The position numbers and the translations under genes are program-made. A stretch of DNA of 64,000 bases from Gammaproteobacteria bacterium (GTDB lineage Bacteria; Pseudomonadota; Gammaproteobacteria; Ga0077536), in NCBI GenBank assembly GCA_016191285.1, contig JACPPA010000057.1, forward strand, positions 977-64,976, read 5' to 3'. The notes beneath the pieces were generated by a model that worked only from the letters and a program-made list of their open reading frames with translations, had not been told where the DNA came from and ran no database searches. Shown piece by piece: positions 1 through 10,921 of the stretch. The first letter of the stretch is position 1; every line of letters begins with the position of its first letter.

Positions 1-1
1 C

Positions 2-694
2 GTGCGTCTCGCGGCGGGGGCTGGGTATGCCGTCGTTTTCAGTTATCTCAAGGCACGTGAGGTCGCGGAGGCACTCTGCGCCGAGATCAGGGACGCCGGT
101 GGCGCCGCGTGTGCGATTCAAGCCGATGTCGCCCTGGAAGCGGACGTCGTTCGACTATTCGAAACCGCGGATCGTGAAGTCGGCAAGCTCACCGCCTTGG
201 TCAACAACGCTGGCGTGGCCGAACGCCAGCGCCGTTGCGAGGAGATGAGTGCCGCGCGTCTCAGCCGTGTGTTCGCGACCAATGTCATCGGCAGCTTTTT
301 GTGCGCGCGCGAAGCAGTGAAGCGCATGTCGACGCGTCATGGCGGTCAGGGCGGCGGCATCGTCAATGTGTCGTCGGCCGCGTCACGGCTTGGGTCACCC
401 GGTGAGTTCGTCGACTACGCGGCATCGAAAGGCGCGATCGATACGTTTACCATCGGCCTCGCCAAGGAAGTCGCTGGCGAAGGGATCCGCGTCAACGCGG
501 TGCGGCCCGGGGTTATCTACACGGACATTCATGCGAGTTATGGCGAGCCAGGACGGGTCGATCGCGTCAAGGATAGCGTCCCGATGCGCCGCGGTGGTGA
601 CGCCGAGGAGGTCGCGAAGGCGATTTTATGGTTGCTCTCTGACGACGCGTCGTATTCAACCGGCGCGTTCATCGACGTTTCCGGCGGAAGGTAA
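2..694 (+). CDS. SDR family oxidoreductase (5'-truncated by window edge)
   Basis: LVNNAG, YAASKG catalytic motif, IRVNAVRPG. Confidence 0.9.
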   Translation: MRLAAGAGYAVVFSYLKAREVAEALCAEIRDAGGAACAIQADVALEADVVRLFETADREVGKLTALVNNAGVAERQRRCEEMSAARLSRVFATNVIGSFLCAREAVKRMSTRHGGQGGGIVNVSSAASRLGSPGEFVDYAASKGAIDTFTIGLAKEVAGEGIRVNAVRPGVIYTDIHASYGEPGRVDRVKDSVPMRRGGDAEEVAKAILWLLSDDASYSTGAFIDVSGGR

Positions 695-696
695 AC

Positions 697-1953
697 ATGA
701 ATGCGCCGACGCAACCGAATTGGGCGCATTTGGTTCGCGCCGATCACGTACACGGATCGCTCTATACCGATCCCACAATCTTTCACGCCGAGCTTGAGAA
801 GATCTGGTATCGCACCTGGGTGTATGTCGGCCACGTGAGCGAAGTGCCGAAGGCGAACGATTTCGTCATGAAGTCGATCGGTCCACAAGCCGTGCTGATG
901 ACGCGCGACAAAGCGGGCGCGATTTACCTTTTGCAAAACCGTTGTAGCCATCGTGGCAATCAGGTTTGTCAGCAACAAAAAGGCAACACCGCGACGTTCA
1001 CTTGCCCTTATCACGGCTGGGCTTTCGCCAACACCGGCGAGTTGCGCGGCTACCCATTCCCCGCCGGCTACGCTGGGGTAGACAGGCGCGAACTCGGCTT
1101 GGGGCGAGTTCCGCGACTCAGCGTTTATAGAGGTTTTGTGTTCGGTTCCTTTGCGCCTGACGGACCGACACTAGAAGAACACCTCGGCGGCGCGCGTGAG
1201 GCGATCGATCGCTTGGTGCGCACGTCACCAGCGGGCGAGATCGAGATCACCGCCGGCTTTCTCAAGCATCAAACACGCGCCAACTGGAAATTCCTCGTCG
1301 AAAACGAAACCGACGGCTATCACCCGCAATTCGTACACCGGTCGATCTTCAGCGTGGCGAAAAGCGGTATCGGCGATCTCTACAGCGATGCGTCGAGCGC
1401 CGTGGCGCGCGATCTCGGCGGCGGTCATTCAGAGAATGATCTACGTCCGGAATTCCGCCGCCTCGACGCGCCGCTTGGGTGGTTCGGCACCACGGCCGAC
1501 CGGCTGCCAGACTACGTCGCCAAAATGAATACGGCTTACGGCGCCGAGGACGCGCGCAAGATCCTCGTCGATGGCACGCCACACACGATGATTTTCCCCA
1601 ATCTCTTCATCGCCGAGATTCAACTATTCGTGCTCCAGCCGTTGGCCGTGGATGAAACCGTGCAACACGTCACGGCGCTGCAATTCAAGGGCGCGCCTGA
1701 TCTGAACCGTCGCCTGCGCCAACAGACCATGGGCTCGGTCGGCCCGGCGGGCTTGCTGCTCGCCGACGACGCCGAGATGTACGAGCGCACCCAACGCGGG
1801 GTGCAAACGCGTGAGCCGCCTTTTCTATTTCTTGGTCGTGGGCGTCATCGTGAACGGCGCGATCCCGAGGGCTTTCTGATCGGCGATGCCACCGATGAAG
1901 TGCCGGCGCGTGGCATGTGGCGCCACTATCGGGCGTTGATGGAAGCCGAGTGA
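697..1953 (+). CDS. Rieske aromatic ring-hydroxylating oxygenase alpha subunit
   Basis: Rieske motif CSHRG...CPYHGW; mononuclear Fe ligands NETDGYHPQFVH. Confidence 0.93.
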   Translation: MNAPTQPNWAHLVRADHVHGSLYTDPTIFHAELEKIWYRTWVYVGHVSEVPKANDFVMKSIGPQAVLMTRDKAGAIYLLQNRCSHRGNQVCQQQKGNTATFTCPYHGWAFANTGELRGYPFPAGYAGVDRRELGLGRVPRLSVYRGFVFGSFAPDGPTLEEHLGGAREAIDRLVRTSPAGEIEITAGFLKHQTRANWKFLVENETDGYHPQFVHRSIFSVAKSGIGDLYSDASSAVARDLGGGHSENDLRPEFRRLDAPLGWFGTTADRLPDYVAKMNTAYGAEDARKILVDGTPHTMIFPNLFIAEIQLFVLQPLAVDETVQHVTALQFKGAPDLNRRLRQQTMGSVGPAGLLLADDAEMYERTQRGVQTREPPFLFLGRGRHRERRDPEGFLIGDATDEVPARGMWRHYRALMEAE

Positions 1954-2444
1954 TGGCATCGATGACGGTGAATAGCGAACTGCTGCGCGAGATTGAGCAG
2001 TTTCTGTATCGCGAGGCGCGCCTGGCTGATGATCACGACTACGATGCGTGGGAGGCGTTGTGGACCTCTGACGGCGTCTATTGGATCCCCGCGAACGGTG
2101 ATGACGGCGATCCCGAACAGGTGATGTCGATCGTCTACGACAATCGTTCGCGAATCGCGCTCCGCATCAAGCAGCTAAACACGGGTAAACGCCACAGCCA
2201 GAATCCACGCTCCAGGCTGCGGCGCATGATCTCCAACGTCGAACTTCTTTCGAGTGCAGAAGACGAACTCCACGTGACAGCCAACGTGTGCGTGTTTGAA
2301 TCCAATGCGCGCGGGGACATCACGTAGGCATCACGCAATGAGTATCGTCTGCGCCGGATCGGTGGCGAACTTCATATGGCTTACAAAAAGGTTGCGCTCG
2401 TCAATAATGACAAGGCCCTGTATTCGCTATCCTTTCTGATTTGA
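1953..2444 (+). pseudogene. Ring-hydroxylating oxygenase beta subunit with internal TAG
   Basis: FLYREARLAD...YWIP; TAG at 2325-2327, after which the same frame continues ASRNEYRLRR...KKVALVNNDKALYSLSFLI to TGA 2444. Confidence 0.8.
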
Positions 2445-2457
2445 TAGGGGTTGTTAT

Positions 2458-2535
2458 TGTGGGAGCCGCTTTGAGCTTCGAATCTTCGAAGCACGAGCGC
2501 GCGCAAAGATTCGATGTCACTGCGAGCGCCCCATA
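2458..2535. repeat. Degenerate GTGG/GTAG-type REP doublet
   Basis: GTGGGAGCCGCTTTGAGCTTCGAAT variant of the REP seen at 12639, 37128 and 61559. Confidence 0.55.
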
Positions 2536-2576
2536 CACCCCGCTTCGGGACCGCAACCTATCCAAGACGAGCGAGA

Positions 2577-2623
2577 CCTCTCGTCCCCTCGCCCCGCGCG
2601 GGAGCGGGTTAGGGTTAGGGAGA
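2577..2623. repeat. CCCCTCTCCCC..GCGGGAGAGGG..GGGTGAGGGG-type palindromic repeat
   Basis: Related copies at ~3820-3860, ~42284-42303 and ~56172-56200. Confidence 0.5.
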
Positions 2624-2657
2624 AAGATTGCTTCGTCGAGGATTGATTTGATGACTG

Positions 2658-2966
2658 CTATTTATCCCACATGACATAGGATTCTGCCGTGATGGCGTTA
2701 GTCAGCATGGCGATTAAAGGCGCCGCGCGTTGATGTAAGCTGACCTTCGGTTCGTTCTCGTCATCGTCATCGACTGCGGTCCCTGCTGCACGCGGAGGCG
2801 CAGTCTCTAGCGCTTGTCGCAAGCGGGCGAGTGCCGCGGGGACGTCCTCGGCCGCGAGCGCTCCGGGAATGCCGCCGCCATGACCCATGAGTTTGATCAA
2901 TTGCGTGGCCACGTCACCGAACATCGTAAAAGCAGCCGAATTCTTGCTTTGGAAGCTTACCAACAT
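2658..2966 (-). CDS. DUF1840 domain-containing protein
   Basis: MLVSFQSK...TMFGDVATQLIKLMGH..PGALAAEDVPAALARL...VSLHQRAAPLIAML. Confidence 0.8.
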   Translation of the reverse strand: MLVSFQSKNSAAFTMFGDVATQLIKLMGHGGGIPGALAAEDVPAALARLRQALETAPPRAAGTAVDDDDENEPKVSLHQRAAPLIAMLTNAITAESYVMWDK

Positions 2967-3204
2967 GGGACGATTCTCCGTTTCCAAATAGCCGTGGCGC
3001 GGCCGATATCTGGGTGATCGGGCGCACCGATCGGTCGCCATTCCGATATTATCCGCCCGCGTTCTTAACCGCACTATTGATCTGGCCTTTGTGTGGCGTG
3101 GGGCAAACGCTAGCCGCCGAGCTCGAACCACAGGGTTAGCGGTGCGCTCAGCGCGATCGAATCACGGTACACTCACCAAAAATGCTTGGGAAAAAGGCGA
3201 TTGA

Positions 3205-3765
3205 ATGAATACTGAGAAAATCTCCCGTCTGGTGCGCGAACTCCTGATCGAATTAAATGAAGATCCCGAGCGCGAAGGTCTGCAAAAAACTCCGCAGCGA
3301 GTCGCGAAGGCGCTTGAGTTTTTGACTTCGGGCTATCGCACCGATCCGGTCAAATTGATCAACGGCGCGGTGTTCGAGCAGAAGACCAACAGCATGGTCA
3401 TCGTCAAGAACATCGAGGTCTACAGCCTGTGCGAACACCACATGTTGCCGTTCTTCGGACGCTGCCATATCGGTTATTTGCCCAGTGGACGCGTGTTTGG
3501 CGTGAGCAAGCTCGCGCGATTGGTCGATATGTACTCCCGCCGCTTGCAGCTGCAGGAGCGCCTGACCGAGCAGATCTCGCAGGCGCTGATGGACTCGATC
3601 GACGCCACGGGAGTTGGCGTGCTGATTGAGGCCCAGCATCTGTGCATGATGATGCGCGGCGTCGCGAAGCAGAACTCGGTGATGATCACGTCCTCGGTGG
3701 TCGGCACGTTCCGTGATTCGGCCACCACCCGCGAGGAATTCCATGCGTTGATCGGAACGCGCTAG
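3205..3765 (+). CDS. folE: GTP cyclohydrolase I
   Basis: EGLQKTPQRVA, SLCEHHMLPFFG, RRLQLQERLT, HLCMMMRG. Confidence 0.96.
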   Translation: MNTEKISRLVRELLIELNEDPEREGLQKTPQRVAKALEFLTSGYRTDPVKLINGAVFEQKTNSMVIVKNIEVYSLCEHHMLPFFGRCHIGYLPSGRVFGVSKLARLVDMYSRRLQLQERLTEQISQALMDSIDATGVGVLIEAQHLCMMMRGVAKQNSVMITSSVVGTFRDSATTREEFHALIGTR

Positions 3766-3863
3766 TCTTGTCCCGTTGTCCTTCTTTCGCCGTCGTTGTA
3801 AGCCCGGCGAAGCAATCTTTCCCCCTCTCTCCTTGCGGGAGGGCCGGGGTGAGGGGGTGTGGA

Positions 3864-4952
3864 ATGGAAATTCAACTGGCATTGCGCTGGCAAATAGGCA
3901 GCAACCCGGTCGAAGAATTACCGGCGGACCTCGTTCGACTGCTGGACGGCGTTGAACGCGGCGGCAATCTGCAATTTGCCGCCCGTGAGACCAGGATCTC
4001 TTACCGCCATGCGTGGGGTCTGGTCAAACATTGGGAACAGCGCTTCGGATGCGGTCTCGTGACGCTGGAACGCGGTCGTGGTTCGAACCTAACCCCGGCG
4101 GGCGAATTACTGCGCGCGGCATGGCATAAGACGCAAGACCGTACCGCGGTCATGTTGGCGGAAGCTGCCGCGCAAGCGGCACGGCAATTGGAAGCGATGG
4201 CGCACGAACCTGGGGTTGCGTCGCTTGTTCTCGCGGCGAGTCATGGTTTTGGCCTGACCACGCTGGTTACGTTGCTGCGCGCGTCGAAGGTCATGCCAGA
4301 GCTGCAAATCGTCGGCAGCGAAGAAGCGCTTAAGCGCTATGCGGCAGCGCAGGCCCAGGTCGCCGGTTTTCATTTGCCGCAGGGGCCGCACGGTAAGAAA
4401 CTGTGGGCGCGCTTTCAACGCTATCTCGACGCACGGCGCGACATGCTGCTGTTAGTCGAAACGCGCGAGCTTGGATTCATGGCCAAGCGTGGGACGCCGC
4501 GCCTGGCCGTTGAAGACATCGCCGCGAAGCAACTGCGATTTCTAAATCGCCAAGCGGGGTCCGGGAGCCGTCTGGTGTTCGATTTGTTGCTGGCGGATGC
4601 CGGAATTAAACCGGCGCGGATCGCCGGCTATCACAACGAAGAGTACACGCACAATGCAGTGGCGGCGGTAATCGCAGGCGGTGCGGCCGATGTTGGTTTT
4701 GGGGCTCGCACGGCCGCCGAGCAATTTGGTCTGACGTTTTGGCCCGAGGTCACAGAGAAATATTTACTGGCGGTGGCGCGCGAGGCGCTGCCGCGCAAAC
4801 CATTTTCGGCGTTGCCGCGTTTATTGGCGGGGGCGGCGTATAAGCGACTCTTGGCCGGCATCCCCGGCAGCGACAGCCGGGCCGCGGGTAAGGCGATCGA
4901 ACTCAAACAGGTCGCGGCACTTATCAACGCCAACTTGCCACGCACTCAGTAA
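3864..4952 (+). CDS. ModE/LysR-type HTH plus periplasmic-binding-like domain regulator (FdsR-like)
   Basis: N-terminal ISYRHAWG...RGRGSNLT HTH; ASH, NRQAGSGSR, EEYTHNAVAA motifs. Confidence 0.8.
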   Translation: MEIQLALRWQIGSNPVEELPADLVRLLDGVERGGNLQFAARETRISYRHAWGLVKHWEQRFGCGLVTLERGRGSNLTPAGELLRAAWHKTQDRTAVMLAEAAAQAARQLEAMAHEPGVASLVLAASHGFGLTTLVTLLRASKVMPELQIVGSEEALKRYAAAQAQVAGFHLPQGPHGKKLWARFQRYLDARRDMLLLVETRELGFMAKRGTPRLAVEDIAAKQLRFLNRQAGSGSRLVFDLLLADAGIKPARIAGYHNEEYTHNAVAAVIAGGAADVGFGARTAAEQFGLTFWPEVTEKYLLAVAREALPRKPFSALPRLLAGAAYKRLLAGIPGSDSRAAGKAIELKQVAALINANLPRTQ

Positions 4953-4963
4953 ATTGACGATCC

Positions 4964-6115
4964 TCATGAGGTCCCGAATTCCCGCTGCCGCCGCCGCGAG
5001 ATAATGTGATTCATGATTTCCGCGGTGCCATCGCCAATTTCGAGCCCCATAACATCGCGCAGGCGTTGCTGATGCTTGGTCGCGAGGTCGTAACCCGCGT
5101 GTCCGTGCAGCAATAGGCATTTGTGGATGGCCTCGAAGGCGCTGAGCGGCGCCAGGCGTTTGCCCATCGCCGCTTCCACCGTGTGCGGCAAACCGGCATC
5201 GCGCAGCCGCAACGTGTGATAACAAAGCTGACGTGCGGCTTCAACATTGGTCTCATGTTCGGCGAGCGCGAAACTCACGCCTTGGAAAGAACTCAACGGC
5301 GCGCCGAAGGCTTCGCGCTGATGGACGTAGTCCCAGGTCTCATCGAGCGAGGCTTGAGCGGCCGCGAGACATTGCAGGCCAATCAGCGCGCGCGAGTAGT
5401 CAAAGCCCTGCATGACTTGCCCAAAGCCCTCACCTTCCGCACCAAGCCGGCGTGTCACCGGCACGCGAACACTATCAAAAAATAGTGAGCCACGTCCTGA
5501 CGCGCGTCCACCGACGCTAGAGAGGCGCGTGGTACTGATACCGGGGGCGTTGGCATCCACCAGGAACGCACTGACACCACGCGCGCCAGACTGCGGTTCG
5601 CCGGTCCGCGCGAACACCACAAAGCCGTCCGCTTGATCGACTAAGGTAATCGAAGTTTTCTCGCCGTCGAGTACGTAATCATTACCATCCCGGCGCGCGC
5701 GCAACACCAAGTGTGCCGCGTCCGAGCCGCCGCGCGGTTCCGTGAGCGCAAGTCCCACCACGGCTTCACCGCGACACATCCGCGGCAACCATTCAGCCGC
5801 GAGCGCCGGGGTCGCGTGATCGACCAAAATGGCGCCACACAGCGACGCGATGATCTGCACATAGCCGATATTGATGTCGGCATACGCCACCGCTTCGACC
5901 AGCAGGCCTGCCGTTTCTCCCGAAAGGCCGAGACCACCGTAGGCCACTGGCAATTCGGAGCCTAAGAGACCCAGGTCGCCGAGTTCACGCACCAACGCGC
6001 GTTCGAATGATCCCTCAACCTCGCGAGTCTGGTATCCCTGCGCCAAGCGTTCGCGCGCAAAGTGTTGCGCGGCTTCATACACACTGCGCTGCTCGTCGCT
6101 TAAGACTCGATTCAT
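4964..6115 (-). CDS. Acyl-CoA dehydrogenase (cyclohexanecarboxyl-CoA dehydrogenase-like)
   Basis: ALTEPRGGSDA, GEKTSI, QGFDYSRALIG, RDVMGLEIGDGTAEI. Confidence 0.88.
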   Translation of the reverse strand: MNRVLSDEQRSVYEAAQHFARERLAQGYQTREVEGSFERALVRELGDLGLLGSELPVAYGGLGLSGETAGLLVEAVAYADINIGYVQIIASLCGAILVDHATPALAAEWLPRMCRGEAVVGLALTEPRGGSDAAHLVLRARRDGNDYVLDGEKTSITLVDQADGFVVFARTGEPQSGARGVSAFLVDANAPGISTTRLSSVGGRASGRGSLFFDSVRVPVTRRLGAEGEGFGQVMQGFDYSRALIGLQCLAAAQASLDETWDYVHQREAFGAPLSSFQGVSFALAEHETNVEAARQLCYHTLRLRDAGLPHTVEAAMGKRLAPLSAFEAIHKCLLLHGHAGYDLATKHQQRLRDVMGLEIGDGTAEIMNHIISRRRQREFGTS

Positions 6116-6136
6116 GGCTAACTCCTGAGAAAAGAA

Positions 6137-6904
6137 TCAGGCGGCGGACATGCCGCCGTCGATGGGAAAGGTGGTGCCGGTGCAGTAACTGCTCTCGTCG
6201 CTCGCCAAGAACAACACTAACTGGGCAACCTCTTCCGGCGTGCCGTAGCGGCGCAGTGGCACGCCGGCCGCGATTCGTGCCTTGGCCTTGTCTGGTGCGC
6301 CGGGCGCGTAGCCTGCTTCAATGGCCGCGATCATGCGGGTGGCGATGGGCGACGGATTGATGGTATTCACGCGAATATTGAGCGGTGCGCATTCGAGCGC
6401 CGCCGAACGCATGATGCCAACCACGGCATGTTTAGCTGCGATGTACGGCGCCATTTTCGGCATGCCTTTGAGGCCGCCGAGTGACGAGGTGATGATAATG
6501 CTGCCGCCGCCGGTTTTCGTCATCGCTGGGATCACGGCCTGCATGCCGAGCCACACCCCGCGCACGTTAACCGCCATCACACGGTCGAACATGGCGAGGG
6601 GATAGTCGACGATTGAATGTACGCTGCCTTCAATTCCGGCGTTGTTGAAAAACACATCGATCCGGCCATGGCGATCAAGCGCGGCTTTCACGTACGCGTT
6701 GACCTGTGGTGGGTCACTAACGTCGGCCACCACCGCACTCGCGTGGCTTTCGCCCAGTTCAGCGACCGCCGCGGCCAGTGCGTCCTGCTGGACATCGACG
6801 AGCAACACCTTGGCGCCCTCGGCTTTGAATAGACGTGCGGTGGCGAGCCCTATCCCTGCTGCACCACCGGTGATGATGGCAATCTTACCGGTCAGTCTGG
6901 CCAT
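6137..6904 (-). CDS. SDR family oxidoreductase
   Basis: TGGAAGIG, FNNAG, YIAAKH. Confidence 0.92.
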   Translation of the reverse strand: MARLTGKIAIITGGAAGIGLATARLFKAEGAKVLLVDVQQDALAAAVAELGESHASAVVADVSDPPQVNAYVKAALDRHGRIDVFFNNAGIEGSVHSIVDYPLAMFDRVMAVNVRGVWLGMQAVIPAMTKTGGGSIIITSSLGGLKGMPKMAPYIAAKHAVVGIMRSAALECAPLNIRVNTINPSPIATRMIAAIEAGYAPGAPDKAKARIAAGVPLRRYGTPEEVAQLVLFLASDESSYCTGTTFPIDGGMSAA

Positions 6905-7089
6905 AGGCTTCGCTCCGAATTTCTATATTGAAGTGGGTGGATTGTAATCAATCCTTTCCACCCACCGCTAAGGAGAGCGCGAGTCGGCTTGGCAATCCCT
7001 CGCACCGAGCCGCACCCAATCTTACGACGGGTGCACTGTCCGGCGCCCCGCCGAATAATCGACTGGCGGTTCCGACGATTCCTTCACGC

Positions 7090-7894
7090 CACTTGCCCGC
7101 CGGAGGAGCGCGAGTGGCTGGAACAGAAATACCCAGGCTGGAACGCGACGTGGGGCAAGGTGTGGGATGAGGCTACGAACAACTTGCTCGCCGGTCGGGA
7201 GGAGCTGACGCTCGCCAATACGCTGCCGTTGATCTGCAACCTGTGTCAGCTGCCGATCGTGCAGACGCCGGGCGAGTCGTGGAAACCCGAGGATCACATG
7301 TTAGTGTACGCGGGGCGGCGCTATTACTTTCAGTCGCATGTCGACAAGTGGGTGTTCCAGCAGAATCCGCGGCGTTACGGTGAGCACAAGTCGCTGGTCG
7401 ATCGCGCGGCGGCCGGCGAAGTGCAGCCGCCGACGTTCGAGGGTGCGCTCAACTACATGGGGCTCGCTCGGCCCTCACGAGCGCGATTACGACGCCAACA
7501 ATTACGCGTGGCTCGAGAGTTTTCGACGCAAGCTGCGCGCGGCCTAAGCCAGCGCGACCTACGAAGGGTGAATAGATCGCTGGTCGCGAAACCCGCACTC
7601 GACGAGTGTGTGGCCCGCCAATTCGGCCGTGCCGCACGCGCCCACCAAGACACCCTGACCGCGATCTTGACCGACGCGCACTTGAAAGACGTGGAACGCG
7701 CACGGCGCTGGACCACGGCGTTCGTCCACTACGGGTTGTCGCAAGCTGAGAACGTGGCAGTGGTCGCAGAGTGGGTCGCACGCTGGCAACCGTTGGCCGA
7801 TCGCGCCATCGACGCCTGGTGTGCCGGACACGGCGGCCGCCGCGCGCGAGGATCGGTTGTTGCAGTGCCGCGTGCACAACGCGTTGTGAGGTAA
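7090..7894 (+). pseudogene. Relic of toluene/benzene-type (group 1/2, TmoA/TouA-like) multicomponent monooxygenase: alpha-subunit C-terminus joined to beta-subunit C-terminus
   Basis: EREWLEQKYPGWNATWG...LPLICNLCQLPI...YYF..VDKWVFQQNP...GALNYMGL (TmoA-like), frameshift near 7465, stop at 7547, then LVAKPALDE...DVERARRWT...WVARWQPLAD (TmoE-like); N-terminal di-iron parts absent. Confidence 0.8.
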
Positions 7895-7939
7895 TTCACG
7901 GGCGATTATGCTCGCCGGATCCCGATAGATCGCGCCGCC

Positions 7940-10382
7940 GTGCAATCACCGCTCATTGCCACCAAGTTTGTCCCCCCCGGGCGTGCCGGCGCGCTGGTCG
8001 AGCGTCCATAGCTGTATGCGCGATTAGCCGCTAGCGCTGAGCGACGGTTGGTGTTGGTCAGTGCGCCCGCCGGTTCCGGCAAGACCAGTGCGCTCGCACA
8101 CCTCTACCACGAGCTCGGTAATAGCGACGCCGATGTTGCGTGGTTATCACTCGATGCCGATGACAACGAGCTCGCGCGTTTTCTCGCCTATGTAGTGGAG
8201 AGGCGTTGCGGCGTCGGCATGCACTGTTCGATCAGGCCACGTTGGCCCTGCTCGGTTCCGGTCCCAATCTGCCGCCCGCGATCCCGCGCAATGCTTTTCT
8301 GAACGAGATGGGGGTCTTCACGCAGCCTTGTCACTTGTTTTTCGACGATTGGCATGTGATCGGCGACGCCGAAGTCGAATCCACCGTGGAGCGTCTGTTA
8401 CTCGCGCCGTTGCCGAATGTGCACCTGTGGCGCGCAACCCGCAGCCCCGGACGCTTGCCGCTTGCGCGCCTCCGGGCGCTGGGCGATTTGGATGAGTTGG
8501 GGTCCGCTGAACTTGCATTCAGCGCCGCCGAGGCGGCGCGCTTATTCGATCTCGCCGCCGACGTCACCCTCGCACACCGCAACGTCGGCGACTTTTTGGC
8601 CGATGAAGTGTTTCGCCGCCAGGAACCCGAGTTGCAGACGTTCCTGCTGCAGACTTCCATCCTCCGTCAGTTCAGTACCGCGCTGTGTACCGCGGTCACT
8701 GGCCGCCCTGACGCACGACGGTTCCTCGATCTGATCGAAGCGCGCAACCTTTTTCTGTTTTCACTCGACAGCGAACGCGGCTGGTACCGCTACCACCATT
8801 TATTTTCGGATTTTCTGCGCAAGCGCTTGCATGAGCAGGACACGATTGCCGCCGTTGAGTGTCATCGCCGTGCGTGCGACTGGCTGAGCGGCAATGGATT
8901 TCGCGTGGACGCCATCGAGCACGCCTTCGCCGCGGCCGATCATGAGCGCGCCGGCGCCTTGTTGGATGCGGCCAGCGCCGAGTTGTCGTGGCAGTTCGAT
9001 GTGGCCCGCGCCGCGCTAGCTGACGCGCGGTGCGCTTTGGGGTCTCGTACTACGAGTCTTGCCGCCGACGACCCTGAATCGTTTTTCTGCGCGACGATTT
9101 GGGTACCGCGCTTGATCTCAGCCAGCAATGGTTAGAACAACGGCGCAGTGTAGATGCCATGATGGAGGCTTCGGCCGGCTCGATGTTGATGGCCGCGAGC
9201 CGCGAACACTTCAGCGTCACCGGAGTCAGCGCGAACGCCGCACAATTGCATCAACGCTTCGTCGACGGTGGCGCTATTTACGGCACCGTGTTCCACGACT
9301 CGATCGCGGGCTGCACGCTGTACATGCGCGGCGATCTCGAGGCCGCGGCGGCCGAGTATCTTCGCGCGCGACGCACTGCGATCCAGCTACATGGCGAAGG
9401 TTCGGTACTCGCCGCCATGCCCTCGTCGATGCTCGCCGAGCTGTGGTACGAGCACGATCGAATCGACGACGCACGTGCGCTGATCGCGCGCTACGCGCCG
9501 CTACATGGCGAACTTGGTTTCGTCGATAACCTCATCGCTGTGCACCTGACTGCCGCGCGCCTCGCGGTGCTCGATGGTGACGTCGCGCGTGCCGAACGTG
9601 AGCTGGAAGACGCCGAGCAAGCGGCGTTCTGCTACGGTTTCGAGCGCATGCTCGCCTGCATCCTCGACGAACGCGTTCGACTGGCGCTAGCGGCTGGCGA
9701 TAGTGTGCGAGCCCGCCGGCTGCTCGATGCGCCGCGCTGGCGACCCTGGCTGGAGCATCCAAAGCCGCACGCGCATTCCAATACCATCCAAATGATTGTC
9801 GTGTGTGCGGCGCTGCGGCTCGTACTCGCGGAGGGCATTGGGCAGGATGATGCGCGATTGCTGCGGGCTTGGTTTCGGCATGCCGCCGATCGTCATTGTG
9901 AGCGTGCGGCGGTACGTCTTGGCATGTTGCTGGTTCGCACTCTTGCCCAACGCGAAGGCGAGCTGGCCGCGCGGCGCGCATTGCGCGAGGTGATCGCGCT
10001 CGCTGCCCGCGGTGGTTTCGTGCGCAGCGTGGTCGACGAAGGCCATACCTTGCATGCCCTGCTCGCCGGTCTCGCGACACAAGCTGCTGAGACTAGCGCG
10101 GACGAGGCCAGCTATCTTCGGCGTCTGCTGGCCGCCTTCGGCCGTGAATCGGAACCGGCGGATACCACTGGCACGTCCGATGGCGCTGACGTGGGTCGGC
10201 GCGAACGCGAATTACTCGCGCTGGCGGAGAACGGTCTCGACAATCGCGACATCGCAGCGCGATTGGGACTCGCCGAGAGTACGGTCAAATGGTATTGGCA
10301 GCGCATCTTCACCAAGCTCGGCGTGCATCGTCGCACCCAGGCGTTGCACAAGGCGCGCCGGCTCGGCCTGCTCGAAGGGTGA
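7940..10382 (+). pseudogene. MalT-like STAND ATPase/LuxR regulator, disrupted
   Basis: LIATKFVPP...ERP-TAG(8009)...APAGSGKT Walker A; frameshifts near 8200 and 9100; YRYHHLF; C-terminal LuxR HTH (NRDIAARL..ESTVKWY..IFTKLGV). Confidence 0.82.
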
Positions 10383-10495
10383 GCGGAAGCAACGCTGTGA
10401 ATCGGGGAGCGAAATAATTTCTAATCCACAGCGCGGTGCGTAGTTTCGCGATTAGTGTTAACGCGCGATAGGTCGAGCTCCGAAACTGAACTCCG

Positions 10496-10921
10496 TTATC
10501 CCTGAGTCTCGATCCAAGTCGCGACCGCCGCGCAGAATGTGGTGAAATCGCCGGTACGTACACTCGCAAGTTCATATAGACGGTCGAAATCGACGACGCC
10601 ATATTGATGCGCGAGTAGATTCCGTAGTCCCGTTGCGGCCCGCATCCGGACGGCGAGATCGGACCCCAGAACGCCGTGATCGGCGAGCACGGTGAATGAT
10701 TCCGCGTACGTTTTCGGCACGCCCCAACCCGCGTCGGCCAACACGTGCGATGCAAGCGCCACACACTCTTGAATCGCGACAAACAGATTTAGCGCGACGA
10801 CTTCGCGCGCGGTACGATCGGCGCGAAATGCATCCAGCGTTCGGGGCAATATCGCGTGCATCCGCTCGACCGCGTCGCGGATCATGGCAATTTTCGCCGC
10901 CAGGACCGCGCTATCGACCAC
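10496..10921 (-). CDS. HEPN/DUF86 RNase toxin (HepT) of type VII TA pair
   Basis: RX4HXY motif RNLLAHQY; overlaps upstream MNT gene. Confidence 0.88.
   Translation of the reverse strand: MVDSAVLAAKIAMIRDAVERMHAILPRTLDAFRADRTAREVVALNLFVAIQECVALASHVLADAGWGVPKTYAESFTVLADHGVLGSDLAVRMRAATGLRNLLAHQYGVVDFDRLYELASVRTGDFTTFCAAVATWIETQG

Noticed and set aside
6989..7894. Novel alpha-beta fused monooxygenase
   Set aside because: Lacks all di-iron ligands and a credible start; the fusion results from deletion plus frameshift.
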